From a virus (Duplodnaviria; Heunggongvirae; Uroviricota; Caudoviricetes), in IMG/VR virus record IMGVR_UViG_2531839130_000015: 38,838 bases of DNA. The stretch is one strand, 5' to 3'. Positions 38,364-38,838 of the stretch are shown piece after piece. Made by a program: the position numbers and the translations under genes. A model generated the notes under the pieces. The model had not been told where the DNA came from, did no database searches, and worked only from the letters and a program-made list of their open reading frames with translations. Numbering within the stretch: the first letter of the stretch is position 1; each line of letters begins with the position of its first letter.

Positions 38364-38520
38364 TGCATAAGCCCTATCCCTGGTCACCGTCTTCCATTGA
38401 CCACATCGATAGAATCTCCCTTCATAGCACGATGCCTTTCACGTAACGGCATCGTGCTCGCACAGGTTCCGGCTAAGCACAACCAGAACGCGCATGTTTG
38501 ACGCTTACCAAAAAATATTC

Positions 38521-38838
38521 TCACTCTCCACATTTGAATGTCAGACGAGCGACGCCATGTAATCCTGCACCTTCTGTCTTCAGGTCAACTATCTGCATTT
38601 TTTTGCCCTGAGTAACACAGAAATGGGCTGCATCATTTTTTACTATATTTTCTGCACCAGATATTCTGCCCCTGGCTAAAGAAGCTTCGGCTTCGGTGTA
38701 GTATTGGTTATCGAGTTTACGCTGAATATTACTTTTATATGCAAGACCAAATTTACCGATACTTGTCTCATCATTATGCACAGCACAACCAGACATAATA
38801 AAAATACTAATTAATGATATAGCAGCTATCTTTTTCAT
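38521..38838 (-). CDS. yegR: Lipoprotein YegR (105 aa), host gene
   Basis: MKKIAAISLISIFIMSGCAVHN lipoprotein signal; recalled as E. coli yegR, the next gene after the cyaR-associated prophage remnant in K-12. Confidence 0.75.
   Translation of the reverse strand: MKKIAAISLISIFIMSGCAVHNDETSIGKFGLAYKSNIQRKLDNQYYTEAEASLARGRISGAENIVKNDAAHFCVTQGKKMQIVDLKTEGAGLHGVARLTFKCGE

Overview
This window is almost entirely one P2-like (Peduovirus-type) prophage of about 36.9 kb, integrated into the 3' end of the sRNA gene cyaR between host genes yegQ (1..1362) and yegR (38521..38838). The two att core copies (aatctcccttacacgggcttatttttta) lie at about 1504..1530 and 38337..38363. All calls rest on reading the six-frame translations and recalling P2 proteins and E. 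coli genes; no search could be run. My own coordinates for non-ORF features may be off by 1-2 nt, as one manual count disagreed with the ORF track by 1 nt. Gene order is the canonical P2 prophage order: ogr, D-U-T-E/E'-FII-FI, [Z/fun-position cargo], G-H-I-J-W-V, [cargo], S, R, lysC/lysB-lysA-K-Y, X-L-M-N-O, divergent P-Q, internal cos, [tin/old-position cargo], A, early-operon ORFs, B, cox, operator region, C, int. Tail-completion gene R is split by an IS21-family element (istA/istB, about 2.58 kb, 5-bp direct repeat AACCT), so the prophage is probably defective for making infectious particles. The most interesting content is four visibly AT-rich cargo genes sitting where the P2 backbone has its accessory loci. 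These are a GIY-YIG nuclease-domain protein and a 511-aa membrane protein with an HExxH-type motif (Z/fun position), a 247-aa protein between V and S, and a 440-aa protein replacing orf91/tin/old. In addition, a PAPS-reductase-like PP-loop protein is translationally coupled to replication gene A; it is not AT-rich cargo. These are the best candidates for a previously undescribed anti-phage system; none could be assigned to a named family from sequence alone.
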